From: Minisyncoccota bacterium | GTDB lineage: Bacteria > Patescibacteriota > Minisyncoccia > Phycocordibacterales > UBA918 | NCBI GenBank assembly: GCA_041688155.1 | Contig: JBDNIW010000001.1 | Coordinates: forward strand, 7,319-71,318 | Length of the DNA: 64,000 nucleotides | Reading direction: 5' to 3' | Shown: positions 9,993-18,739 of the stretch, in pieces | Position numbering within the stretch: the first letter of the stretch is position 1 | How the letters are laid out: each line of letters opens with the position of its first letter | Program-made: the position numbers and the translations under genes | The notes under the pieces: generated by a model | The model's database searches: none | What the model saw: the letters and a program-made list of their open reading frames with translations, nothing else | Told to the model about the DNA's origin: nothing

Positions 9993-10003
9993 CCCCCCCC
10001 CCG

Positions 10004-10249
10004 TTATTTCGGGTGATTCACTAGCGCAATCACGATGTAACCAGGGTCAACAATATAAAAATAAAACCGGTAGCTTTTGTCGATTCGCGCTTGCCAGAGA
10101 TTTTCGGTGCCAGTGTACAGTTTGGTATTTAGAGACGGATGACGGAAATCTTGCAACAAATACCCAAACTGTTTGTCTGCTTTCTTCTGGATGTGCTGAG
10201 GCAATTTTTGGTATTGCTTGTCGGCTTGTTTAGTAAAATTAATCTCCAT
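10004..10249 (-). CDS. type II toxin, RelE/ParE superfamily
   Basis: 81 aa; KQYQKLPQHIQKK...LWQARIDKSYRFYFYIVDPGYIVIALVNHPK matches the RelE-fold pattern. It overlaps the upstream antitoxin gene by 11 nt. Confidence 0.6.
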   Translation of the reverse strand: MEINFTKQADKQYQKLPQHIQKKADKQFGYLLQDFRHPSLNTKLYTGTENLWQARIDKSYRFYFYIVDPGYIVIALVNHPK

Positions 10250-10508
10250 ACTTTTTGCGGAAGGCTGGTAGTTTTTTATGGAATTCTTCTATGCTGCCAA
10301 ATGTAATGTAGCGACCGTGTTTTATATCTTCACGACTCTCGCGAATAGCCTCAGCCAACTCAGGCGGCAGTGACACTTCCGGTTGCACAAAAAACCCACC
10401 ATCGCGCTGTTCAATCCGCAGGGTTTGCCCTTCTTCTAAATGCAGTGCATCTCGGAGTTTCTTGGGGAGGGTGAGGACGCCACGCTGTTGTAATTTAACT
10501 GTAGTCAT
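10239..10508 (-). CDS. AbrB/MazE (SpoVT-AbrB fold) antitoxin
   Basis: VKLQQRGVLTLPKKLRDALHLEEGQTL swapped-hairpin motif; 89 aa; immediately upstream of the RelE-like gene. Confidence 0.6.
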   Translation of the reverse strand: MTTVKLQQRGVLTLPKKLRDALHLEEGQTLRIEQRDGGFFVQPEVSLPPELAEAIRESREDIKHGRYITFGSIEEFHKKLPAFRKKYGD

Positions 10509-10598
10509 ATAGTAAATAATAGCAGAAATACTGAATTACTGCAATTACGTCAGGTCGCTATTATTTCTAATTATAGCGGCTTCGCGTACAATACCCCT

Positions 10599-11303
10599 AT
10601 GCTCAAACTCTATTTTGGAACTGACAGACAAAAAGTTCGTGATGCTGCAACTAACTTTTTGGAGTCACATATGTCATCTGACGGAACAGTGACTACCTTC
10701 GACGCTCAGTCGTTTGTCTCTGGGCAGATTGCTGATGCCCTTGGAGCTGCATCTCTCTTTGGGGGAGAGGAATGGTTTGTGATTGATACCCCAGCGGCTG
10801 ATTCCGATATGGCACAGGAAGTGACCAGCTCACTCAAAGAGATGAGTGAGTCACAAAATACGTTTCTGATTTTAGAGGGAGCACTGCTGGCTCCAGCCAA
10901 AAAATCGTATGCAAAGCATGCCGCCAGTAGTGAAGAATTCACTGCCGCCAAAAATGAGCGGTTCAACACCTTCGCGATGGCCGATGCCTTAGCACAGAAA
11001 GACCGGCGTCAGCTGTGGGTGCTGCTCCAAAACGCCAAGCGTGAAGGTTTGGCCGCCGAGGAAATCATCGGCATGTTGTGGTGGCAGCTCAAGGCCCTTC
11101 GATTGGCAGATGTCACCAGCAACGCCGCTCAAGCGGGGATGAAAGACTTTCCCTACAACAAAGCCAAACGATCATTAGTCAAATTCGCACCCGGTGAGGT
11201 GATCAAAAATTCCCACACCCTCCTCGAGTTGTATCACGACGGACACGCTGGGCTGCGTGATATTGATCTAGCGCTAGAGCAGTGGGTGTTAGGTGGGCGA
11301 TGA
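10599..11303 (+). CDS. holA: DNA polymerase III delta subunit (HolA), compact
   Basis: MLKLYFGTD...LFGGEEWFVIDTPAA pattern like the HolA N-terminal domain; 234 aa. Confidence 0.5.
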   Translation: MLKLYFGTDRQKVRDAATNFLESHMSSDGTVTTFDAQSFVSGQIADALGAASLFGGEEWFVIDTPAADSDMAQEVTSSLKEMSESQNTFLILEGALLAPAKKSYAKHAASSEEFTAAKNERFNTFAMADALAQKDRRQLWVLLQNAKREGLAAEEIIGMLWWQLKALRLADVTSNAAQAGMKDFPYNKAKRSLVKFAPGEVIKNSHTLLELYHDGHAGLRDIDLALEQWVLGGR

Positions 11304-12012
11304 TATAGTTAATCGTATGAAGAGACTCGCGCAAAAATTATTTACTGATCAACCAGGAAAAACTCATCACTTGGTGAACGATTTTTTTGCGCTGCTGACG
11401 ATTGTATCGATTGTGTCGTTGGTACTTGAAACGGTACCAGGGCTAGTAGCGTACGAGCGGACCTTTTTCATCATTGAGTGGGTCGCGGTGTCGTTCTTTA
11501 CCATCGAATACATCGGCCGGACGCTGGCCTCGAAACCAGTCTGGCGCTACCCAACCAGTTTCTTTGGGTACATTGACCTGATATCTATCCTGCCTACTTT
11601 TTTAGGGTTAGGAAACTTTACCTGGCTCAAGTCGGCCCGGGCGTTGCGAATCATCAGACTACTGCGGATGCTCCGGTTAGCAAAAGTTTTGCGTACTGGG
11701 GTGAGTGAAGACAGCATGGGCGTGTTGTCTTTAAACGTACTGATTTATTTTGTCGTACTGACGTTTGCGTTGTTGGTAACAGGCACTGCGATGTATTTGG
11801 TCGAGCCAACCACAGCCGCGTTTGTGAGTATTCCCGCTGGGATGTGGTGGTCGCTGAAAGTGTTCATGGCCGGGATTCCGGTGGTCGAGCCGGTGACGCA
11901 ACTGGGAGAATTTTTCTTCGTACTGACGCGGTTTGTGGGGTTGATGTTGTTGGGGTTGCTGATTGGAGTGGTGGGGAATGTGTTTCGGGGGTTGTTGGGA
12001 GGGAGGGGGTAA
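11293..12012 (+). CDS. ion-transport (voltage-sensor-containing) channel family protein
   Basis: S4-like segment RALRIIRLLRMLRLAKVLR with regularly spaced Arg, multiple TM helices and a pore-like region; 239 aa. Confidence 0.55.
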   Translation: MGDDIVNRMKRLAQKLFTDQPGKTHHLVNDFFALLTIVSIVSLVLETVPGLVAYERTFFIIEWVAVSFFTIEYIGRTLASKPVWRYPTSFFGYIDLISILPTFLGLGNFTWLKSARALRIIRLLRMLRLAKVLRTGVSEDSMGVLSLNVLIYFVVLTFALLVTGTAMYLVEPTTAAFVSIPAGMWWSLKVFMAGIPVVEPVTQLGEFFFVLTRFVGLMLLGLLIGVVGNVFRGLLGGRG

Positions 12013-12124
12013 TTACAGCCATTAACTCGTTATGCTGTTAGGTGCAGCGCTAGTGGTTCCAGATCGCTAACTATAATTCTGCACTTCGCGTAGATTCTAG
12101 AAAGCCTTCGGGGCTATCAACTTT

Positions 12125-12457
12125 CCTTCAAGGGGTCTCGGTCCTTACAGGACCAGTATACCTTTTGGATATATTTTCCTTTCAGGCAAATCTATCGCAA
12201 AAGCTTTTCGAGCCCTAAACGAAAGTCTCCCAGACTTTCGATTCAGGCGCACAAACAAAAAATCCCCACAGGGATTTTTTTGTTGTACGCCTTCAAGGGG
12301 TCTCTCTCGTTACACGAGCAGTATCCACCCTGGACGGTTTGTTCACATTCGCTCCAAACCGCCTCAGTGCGGCTTCGAGCCCTCCGTAAAGTCCCCCGGA
12401 CTTTACTTGAAGGCGCACAAACAAAAAATCCTCATAGGGATTCTTTTGTTGTGCGCC
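12125..12457. repeat. two tandem ~165-bp units downstream (in tRNA sense) of tRNA-Lys, each ending in a tRNA-3'-end mimic plus terminator-like hairpin
   Basis: Unit 1 is 12125..12289 and unit 2 is 12290..12457. Both start (plus strand) with ccttcaagggg, the reverse complement of the tRNA-Lys acceptor/T-stem 3' end. Both contain gcgcacaaacaaaaaatcc-N4-ggatt...gttgt.cgc hairpins and cgagccct..gtaaagtc..gacttt hairpins. Confidence 0.7.
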
Positions 12458-12524
12458 TTCAAGGGCTCGAACCTTGGACCATCTCCTTAAAAGGGAGCCG
12501 CTCTACCATCTGAGCTAAAGGCGC
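12452..12524 (-). tRNA. tRNA-Lys (anticodon TTT)
   Basis: Hand-folded cloverleaf: acceptor GCGCCTT/AAGGCGC, D-arm GCTCAGATGGTAGAGC, anticodon loop CTTTTAA, T-arm CAAGGTTCGAGCCCTTG. CCA is not encoded. Confidence 0.85.
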
Positions 12525-12617
12525 ATATTTTGTTATTACTGTAAAAGTGGCAAAACTATAACATTTTGCACTCAAAAATCAAACGATTTCTGTCATCAGT
12601 CTGATACGCTACTAGCA

Positions 12618-13085
12618 ATGAAATATATCATCCTTGAAAATATCCGCAGCGCCTACAACGTCGGGGCTATTTTCCGGACTGCTGATGGAGCTGGGGTGAG
12701 CAAAATATACTTGGTTGGGTATACTCCTAGCCCGATTGATCGGTTTGGTCGAGTACAGCCCGAGATTCTTAAAACGTCATTGGGAGCGAGTGCAGAGATC
12801 GAGTGGGAACACGTATCTATCAGCAAAGAGCTGATTATTCGACTACAGTCAGCTGGATGCGATGTAGTTGCGGTAGAGCAAGACCCGCGCTCAATCACAA
12901 TCGTTGATTTTGTTGCTCCAGCACACGTGGCGTACATCATGGGTAATGAAGTGGTGGGGGTGGAATCAGACACACTGCAGTTGTGCGACACAATCATTGA
13001 TCTCCCGATGCATGGACACAAAGAATCGCTGAATGTTTCGGTCGCTGCTGGTATAGTTATGTATCATGACGTCCTTTATAGGTAA
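12618..13085 (+). CDS. SpoU/TrmH-family RNA 2'-O-methyltransferase (TrmL-like size)
   Basis: IRSAYNVGAIFRTADGAGV... SPOUT motifs; 155 aa. Confidence 0.7.
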   Translation: MKYIILENIRSAYNVGAIFRTADGAGVSKIYLVGYTPSPIDRFGRVQPEILKTSLGASAEIEWEHVSISKELIIRLQSAGCDVVAVEQDPRSITIVDFVAPAHVAYIMGNEVVGVESDTLQLCDTIIDLPMHGHKESLNVSVAAGIVMYHDVLYR

Positions 13086-14568
13086 TTGGTTAGTGCAGTG
13101 GTTCTTTGCCGGCTTACTGCTTGGAGCTGGGTTTGTGTGGCCGGTGTTTTGGTGGTTGGGATTAGTTGGGGTTACGCGTTTGATTTATTTGGCGATACAT
13201 GAGCCATCATGGCGCCGGGTGTTGATCGGGTCGCTACTGGCGTGGACCAGTAAGTCAGCCTTGTCTTTGTCGTGGTTTTGGAGCGTGTTTCCGATTGCCT
13301 GGCTGACGGTTGGTTCTGATTGGTTGCAATTACTATTGATTTTGGTGTGGTGGCTGACGGCCGCACTGTGGCTGGGTGCGGGCGGAGTGATGTTTGGCTC
13401 GGCAGTCAAGTTGCTACAGTTGTACGTACCAGCGGCCTGGTTGTATGCCGGTTTACCACTCTTGTGGCTGGCAGCTGAGTTGTTTGGGTCGTTAGTTTTT
13501 TCTATAGTAACTATTGGGTCTGGCGGGTCTGTTACAACTGCGTTTAGTTTTGGGTACATTGGGTATTTACTGGTTGGGCACGACTGGTTGGTGCAGGTTG
13601 CGCAATGGGGTGGAGTATACGCGTTAGGGTTACTTTTGGTATCACTTAGTTCATTGACCATTTGGCTCATTGTAAAGCGGCAAGTAGCTATAAGGTACGT
13701 CGCACTGAGTCTTGGATTATTGGTCTGCACCAGTTTAATTCCCTGGCCACATAATGAACTCACCGGTCAAACCAATACACATACAGTTGTGATTATCGAC
13801 ACAACTTTTACTCCTCAGGATTTAGCCGACGCTGACAGTGCCGCTATGCGTCAAGCAGCTCAAGAAGCAGCGATGCAGGCTGCGTTGGTTCTTGAACCCG
13901 ACTACGTGTTACTTCCCGAAGATGCACGATATTTTAACCAAGTTCAAGCGCCCAGATTGACCCAAGCACAATTCAAATTTAGAACAAACAATCCAGAAGT
14001 AGTGATAGTCGATAGTGGGCGAGTGACAGTGGATGAGCGGGTTGTTTTGCAGTCTTTTGTTTATAATGGTGCGAGTCACACTGTCAATCAGTCACAAAAA
14101 CGCTATTTAGTGCCACAGGGAGAATTTATGCCTTCACTTTATGAAGCTGGACTCAAACTGTTTGGGCACAGTGAAGTGATTGATGCTATTGCAGATACAC
14201 TTGACTACACCGTCGGGACTGACACTAGTCAAGCTGATTTCGCCAGTAGTTCACCGGGGGTATTATTTTGTTTTGAAAGTGTGTCACCGTGGGGAGTGCG
14301 TGCAATTATGCAAGAGCGAGGGAATGTACCGTTTATTGCCCACCCGATTTCGCACGCCTGGTTTAATGAACCACACATATTGTGGCAACAGTTGGACAGC
14401 ATGTTGCGAGTACAAGCAATCTGGAATCAGCAGTACATTGTGAGTGCCGGAAACCATGTGCGGGGATATGCTGTGACTCCAGCTGGCACAATCGTGTATC
14501 CGCAGTCGGTAGCCAGTGGTGATAATTGGCACGTCGGTGTTCTCACCGTACCCAAGGTAGATCGTTAG
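13066..14568 (+). CDS. lnt: apolipoprotein N-acyltransferase-like (Lnt) membrane protein
   Basis: W-rich polytopic N-terminal domain followed by a CN-hydrolase-like domain. LLPEDA resembles the Lnt WPESA region, QKRYLVPQGEFMP resembles K..HLVPFGE.VP, and a CFE cysteine resembles the CYE catalytic Cys. Confidence 0.5.
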   Translation: MTSFIGNWLVQWFFAGLLLGAGFVWPVFWWLGLVGVTRLIYLAIHEPSWRRVLIGSLLAWTSKSALSLSWFWSVFPIAWLTVGSDWLQLLLILVWWLTAALWLGAGGVMFGSAVKLLQLYVPAAWLYAGLPLLWLAAELFGSLVFSIVTIGSGGSVTTAFSFGYIGYLLVGHDWLVQVAQWGGVYALGLLLVSLSSLTIWLIVKRQVAIRYVALSLGLLVCTSLIPWPHNELTGQTNTHTVVIIDTTFTPQDLADADSAAMRQAAQEAAMQAALVLEPDYVLLPEDARYFNQVQAPRLTQAQFKFRTNNPEVVIVDSGRVTVDERVVLQSFVYNGASHTVNQSQKRYLVPQGEFMPSLYEAGLKLFGHSEVIDAIADTLDYTVGTDTSQADFASSSPGVLFCFESVSPWGVRAIMQERGNVPFIAHPISHAWFNEPHILWQQLDSMLRVQAIWNQQYIVSAGNHVRGYAVTPAGTIVYPQSVASGDNWHVGVLTVPKVDR

Positions 14569-15569
14569 GGTGTAGTGTAATAAAAACCGTACATGCCAGC
14601 CGCGTCTTTTACTGGCGCGTCAAAAGGATTTAGATACGTGGATTGAATGGTGATTGTACTTAGTGCAGGAACCGTAATTGGCGTCAACGAGAGCGGAATA
14701 TTCCAGCCGGACGGGTTGACTGCTGGCTCAGCAATAAATTGCTCAACGGGTGCATTGTCTAATAGCACAGTGACGTCCTGACCGCCTTTCTGGGGCCAGA
14801 AATTAGCTCCACCAAGAACGATGGTGGTAGAGGAGGTGAATTGGTAGCTGGCACTCGGTTCGTTATTTTCAGCCGTCTTTATAAAATTTGTTTCCACCGA
14901 ACTAGTCGGCACAACGAACGCTTGATGCGGTAGAGGTGGTGTACAAGGACTGTCATCGAGTCGCAAACGAATAAAATCAACTGCTGTGGTATGACTATCA
15001 TCAGTCATGAGTGTCACTACTAGAGTTGGTTCTAACGTGCTGTTGGCAGTGTGTGCACCATGCGGCTCGGCTTGGGGATGAGCCATAAATTCGACGATGA
15101 GTTGTTCGCCAGTGGCGAGAGGAATGCCGTAGGGAGCGGGTAATTTAGTTGGTTCTAGGGTGTGGCGAGACGCTGAGTATATCTCGTGCGCACCTCCGTC
15201 TTTCATAAAATGCCAGGGACAAATGGCCGGAATCCGGCCGACCACACTGACTGATACGTGATGCAAAATCGAACTATCAGCCCCTTCCATAGTCACTTCA
15301 AACCCAGTCACAACAGTGTCTTTCTCTACAGTAATAAGTGGTGAATAAAACCAGTGACTGTTAGGCCCGTCTGGTGTTTCTGGTCCGTCGTTAGTTGGGA
15401 TCATTTTGTGGGTAGCCGGCACCCGAATTGTGATAGCGGTGTCTGAGTGGGTGGGGTTGGTTGGAGTTGCGATTGCAACTCTGGGAGACGTTTGTATCAA
15501 CCCGTAGGCAGTAACTGTTACTGCAATGAGGAATCCGAACAAAATGAGTACTACAATGTTTCGTTTCAT
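14565..15569 (-). CDS. hypothetical secreted/membrane-anchored protein
   Basis: N-terminal hydrophobic segment MKRNIVVLILFGFLIAVTVTAYG; no recognisable domain; 334 aa. Confidence 0.45.
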   Translation of the reverse strand: MKRNIVVLILFGFLIAVTVTAYGLIQTSPRVAIATPTNPTHSDTAITIRVPATHKMIPTNDGPETPDGPNSHWFYSPLITVEKDTVVTGFEVTMEGADSSILHHVSVSVVGRIPAICPWHFMKDGGAHEIYSASRHTLEPTKLPAPYGIPLATGEQLIVEFMAHPQAEPHGAHTANSTLEPTLVVTLMTDDSHTTAVDFIRLRLDDSPCTPPLPHQAFVVPTSSVETNFIKTAENNEPSASYQFTSSTTIVLGGANFWPQKGGQDVTVLLDNAPVEQFIAEPAVNPSGWNIPLSLTPITVPALSTITIQSTYLNPFDAPVKDAAGMYGFYYTTP

Positions 15570-15591
15570 GGGTTTACTGTATCTTGCTTAA

Positions 15592-16857
15592 TTAGTTCAA
15601 TAACTCTTGAACCGTTGCAGCGTCGCTCCAAGTTTGTTTGGTTCCTTGTGGCCCCATGATGTAAGGATCAGTGCCTTTACCGCTAACCAAAACGTAGCCG
15701 CCGTCTGGACAATCAGCTATCGCGGTTTGGATTGCGGTCCGACGATCCATGATGATTCTGACTGCTGCTTCGGGACTCATGCCGTTTTTCATCGCTTGCA
15801 CGATGGCTAGAGGGTTCTCATCGTAGGGGTCTTCGTTGGTGAGGATAATCTGATCGCAGTATTCCTCGGCGATTACGCCCATCTCGGGTCGCTTCCAGGT
15901 GTCGCGTCCACCACCGGTGTTACCCAGTACTCCAATAATATATTTACCCGCAAATGCCTGGTAGAGCTGCGTGAGTGAGTCTGGGGTGTGGGCGTAGTCA
16001 ACCACCACGGTGATTTTCTTGGGAGCATCAGCTGGTGAGTGAAACTGCTCAACTCGGCCGGCTACTGGTGGCAATTTGGACAAACTCTCGCGGATTGATT
16101 CGAGCGGTACGCCGATAGACCGCGCGTAGGTAATCGCAGCGAGGGTATTGTAGACATTAAACACGCCGACGATGGGCACGCGGATGGTGACGTTATCGAT
16201 AACCATTGTGACGGAGTCTTTTTGTAGAGAGTGCAGTGTGAGGTTGTTGAGACGATAGGGCAGTAGACGCTCCACTTCGTAATTAAGGAAATCCTGCCCG
16301 TGTTGATCGTCGACGTTAGAGACCAAGGTTCGAGGTCGTTTGGTGCTGTTTGCCACGGCGGCCGCCAGCTGCAGTTTGGCGGCTTTGTAGTTGGCAAACG
16401 AACCGTGTGATTCGATATGCTCTGGGGTCAGGTTGGTAAACAGGAGCGCGTCAATCTCAACAAATTTATGCCGAAACTGCTTGGCCCCCTCCGAGGTCAT
16501 CTCAACCACCGCGTGGGTGCAACCAGCGTCGACCGCTTTGCGCAAAAACCGCTGGATAAAAAACATCCCCGGCATGGTCATTTTGAATAAATTGCGTTCG
16601 CGCTCGTCCCCGTAGGTAAACTGAATGGTCGAGAGGGAGGCCGTCTGGTATCCGGCTCCCCGCAAAATTTGCGCGAGGATCTCAGTGGTGGTTGATTTAC
16701 CTTTGGTGCCGGTGATGCCGATAACGGTAATCTCTCGGGATGGGTGTTTAAATTTAATTGCTCCTATATACGCTAGCGCGTAGTGATAAGCCGGTTGAAT
16801 TGCCTTGAATACGCGTTTTGGAATAAATCTTTTTACAGTTTGGCGAAAGTTTTGCAT
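15592..16857 (-). CDS. murE: Mur ligase, MurE-like (UDP-MurNAc-tripeptide synthetase) lacking the canonical N-terminal domain
   Basis: GITGTKGKST P-loop, GVFNVYNTLAA, VVVDYAHTPDSL, GGGRD..KRP and NEDPYDENP motifs match the MurE central and C-terminal domains. At 421 aa it lacks the UDP-binding N-terminal domain. Confidence 0.65.
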   Translation of the reverse strand: MQNFRQTVKRFIPKRVFKAIQPAYHYALAYIGAIKFKHPSREITVIGITGTKGKSTTTEILAQILRGAGYQTASLSTIQFTYGDERERNLFKMTMPGMFFIQRFLRKAVDAGCTHAVVEMTSEGAKQFRHKFVEIDALLFTNLTPEHIESHGSFANYKAAKLQLAAAVANSTKRPRTLVSNVDDQHGQDFLNYEVERLLPYRLNNLTLHSLQKDSVTMVIDNVTIRVPIVGVFNVYNTLAAITYARSIGVPLESIRESLSKLPPVAGRVEQFHSPADAPKKITVVVDYAHTPDSLTQLYQAFAGKYIIGVLGNTGGGRDTWKRPEMGVIAEEYCDQIILTNEDPYDENPLAIVQAMKNGMSPEAAVRIIMDRRTAIQTAIADCPDGGYVLVSGKGTDPYIMGPQGTKQTWSDAATVQELLN

Positions 16858-16863
16858 AGCTAG

Positions 16864-17436
16864 TTATGGTAATTTTTGTAAGGCTTTGGTGATAATGTCA
16901 TTGACTGAGTTTTCGTCCGTGTTGAGTGATTGCACTGTCGCCCGCGCAGACGCGGCATCGTATCCAAGGGCCACCAGGGCATCAATCGCATCGGTTTGTT
17001 TGGCGTCAAGTGGACTCGATGGGGTGACGTGTTCGGCCAATTCACCGAGTTTCTCATGTAGATGGTTCACCACGTTTTCGCAGGTTTTCTTGCCGATGCC
17101 AGACAACTTTTGGAGTTGGGCTGGTTCCTTGTTGGCAATCTGCTCAATCAACAGAGTAGGGCTAGCTTGGCACATGATGGCTAGGGCGGATTTGGGGCCG
17201 ACTTTAGGCACACTCAGTAGCAACTCGAACAATCGCCGCTCGACACTAGTAGTAAACCCGTATAGATCGAGCGCGGTTTCCCGCACTGCCAGGTACGTAT
17301 GCATCATCGCCTCGGCCCCCTGAGTGTGAATCGTAGTGTGGGTTGGGGTATATATCAAGTACCCAACACCATTGACGTTGAGGATCAGGGCATTGTCTTC
17401 TATGTGGGTAATGGTCCCGGTCAGCTGGCGTATCAT
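16864..17436 (-). CDS. ruvA: Holliday junction DNA helicase RuvA
   Basis: MIRQLTGTITHIEDNALILNVNGVGYLIYTP OB-fold N-terminus and helix-hairpin-helix motifs; 190 aa. Confidence 0.85.
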   Translation of the reverse strand: MIRQLTGTITHIEDNALILNVNGVGYLIYTPTHTTIHTQGAEAMMHTYLAVRETALDLYGFTTSVERRLFELLLSVPKVGPKSALAIMCQASPTLLIEQIANKEPAQLQKLSGIGKKTCENVVNHLHEKLGELAEHVTPSSPLDAKQTDAIDALVALGYDAASARATVQSLNTDENSVNDIITKALQKLP

Positions 17437-17525
17437 GCACCTATTATACTAGATGTGGCCATTTGGAAACCCCTTGCCTTTTAGATATCAATACGGTACA
17501 GTACGCCCACTTTAGAGAAATATAT

Positions 17526-17792
17526 ATGCCAATCACTACCGGAGCCAAAAAAGCCTTACGAGCCTCAGAACGCAAAAAAGTGTTCAATATTCGTCGTAAG
17601 TCAACCATGAAAGACGTCACCAAAGCGGTCGACAAAGCCGTCCTAGCAGGAGACACCAAAGCGGCTGAAGCGCTGCTACCCGCAGCCTACAAAGCCATCG
17701 ACAAAGCCGCCAAGCGAGGGGTAATCAAGGAAAACACCGCCGCCCGAAAGAAGTCACGACTGACCGCGAGGATTGTCAAGGCGAAGGCCTAA
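17526..17792 (+). CDS. rpsT: 30S ribosomal protein S20
   Basis: MPITTGAKKALRASERKKVFNIRRKS... is typical of S20. The start is moved to the internal Met at 17526; the ORF-track start at 17463 is too long. Confidence 0.85.
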   Translation: MPITTGAKKALRASERKKVFNIRRKSTMKDVTKAVDKAVLAGDTKAAEALLPAAYKAIDKAAKRGVIKENTAARKKSRLTARIVKAKA

Positions 17793-17810
17793 CTAGTTAC
17801 GCAGCGAGTA

Positions 17811-17845
17811 ACAACAAAACCGACCCACTGGGTCGGTTTTGTTGT
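17811..17845 (+). terminator. rho-independent terminator after rpsT
   Basis: acaacaaaaccgaccc-actg-ggtcggttttgttgt hairpin. Confidence 0.6.
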
Positions 17846-18048
17846 TACTCTGACTTCTGACGAAGTCCGTTTGTGCGCAGGGAGAGGGATTCGGTCAGAA
17901 ACAAATTTCTTTGCAATTTTTCATGATACTGACTCGCTTAGTCGTACTCGCCTACGCTCCGTGCGACATTACTGCGTCTCCCGAATCCCTTACCCTCCCG
18001 CACGAAATACGACAAAACCTAAAGACACGCTTTAGGTTTTGATATTTG

Positions 18049-18133
18049 CGGAGAGAGAGGGATTCGAACCCTCGGTACCTTGCGGTACGCTGGTTTTCAA
18101 AACCAGTGCAATCGACCACTCTGCCATCTCTCC
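18049..18133 (-). tRNA. tRNA-Ser (anticodon TGA), class II with a long variable arm
   Basis: Acceptor GGAGAGA/TCTCTCC, anticodon stem CTGGT/ACCAG with loop TTTGAAA, long variable arm, T-arm AGGGTTCGAATCCCT. CCA is not encoded. Confidence 0.8.
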
Positions 18134-18196
18134 GAGTGTTTGTCAAGTTTAGGTGTGTTTTACCTCAGCTTGGTAGGTGATATCATACCAGAAATA

Positions 18197-18646
18197 TTAT
18201 TTTTTCATATAGTGTTCGCTGGTATGGCAATTTGGACATAATAACTCTAGATTATTTAAATTATTATTATCCCGGTTACGATCGATATGATGCACTTGCA
18301 GTATTTCGTATACATTATATTGGCAACGCTGACATAGGCTGCCTCGTTCTTTCATTAATCTCTTTTTTAGGATTCGACTAGTCACCACTTTATCTTTTGA
18401 CGGTCTGCGAGTTTTATATTTTATTCCAATACGACTTTTGTTAGCGCAGCTACGACTACAGGTCTGTTTATTGGCACCTGACAACATCGGTGTTTTGCAT
18501 ACTAAACAAGGTATTTCTTGCCGACACGAAATGCCGTAACAGGCTTGGCTACAGTAGGCTTTGCCATTGTTCTGTATCAGAACTCCTGGTCGGCGATAGA
18601 TTGGTGTCTGACATATAATACAAGTTGTGTTTGGATTACGTTCCAT
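18197..18646 (-). CDS. HNH endonuclease with an N-terminal Cys-rich zinc-ribbon region
   Basis: HNH motif QVHHIDRNRDNNNLNNLELLCPNCH plus several CxxC pairs. The gene is clearly more AT-rich than its neighbours. Confidence 0.75.
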   Translation of the reverse strand: MERNPNTTCIICQTPIYRRPGVLIQNNGKAYCSQACYGISCRQEIPCLVCKTPMLSGANKQTCSRSCANKSRIGIKYKTRRPSKDKVVTSRILKKRLMKERGSLCQRCQYNVYEILQVHHIDRNRDNNNLNNLELLCPNCHTSEHYMKK

Positions 18647-18739
18647 TTCATAACTATACCACTAATCCAGTAGACCAGCATACACAGAAACGCAATCTAG
18701 CTCGTTCGTCACTAATTTGTTCATGCTACAATTCTAGTA

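Noticed and set aside
12280-12513. 77-aa ORF 12280..12513 and the possibility of an additional tRNA inside the Lys-locus units
   Set aside because: The ORF covers tRNA-Lys and the hairpin repeats. The units contain tRNA-end mimics (ccccttgaagg) but I could not fold a complete cloverleaf (no T-loop GTTC, 11-bp acceptor-like pairing).
17952-18146. 64-aa minus-strand ORF
   Set aside because: It overlaps the hand-folded tRNA-Ser(TGA) gene almost completely.
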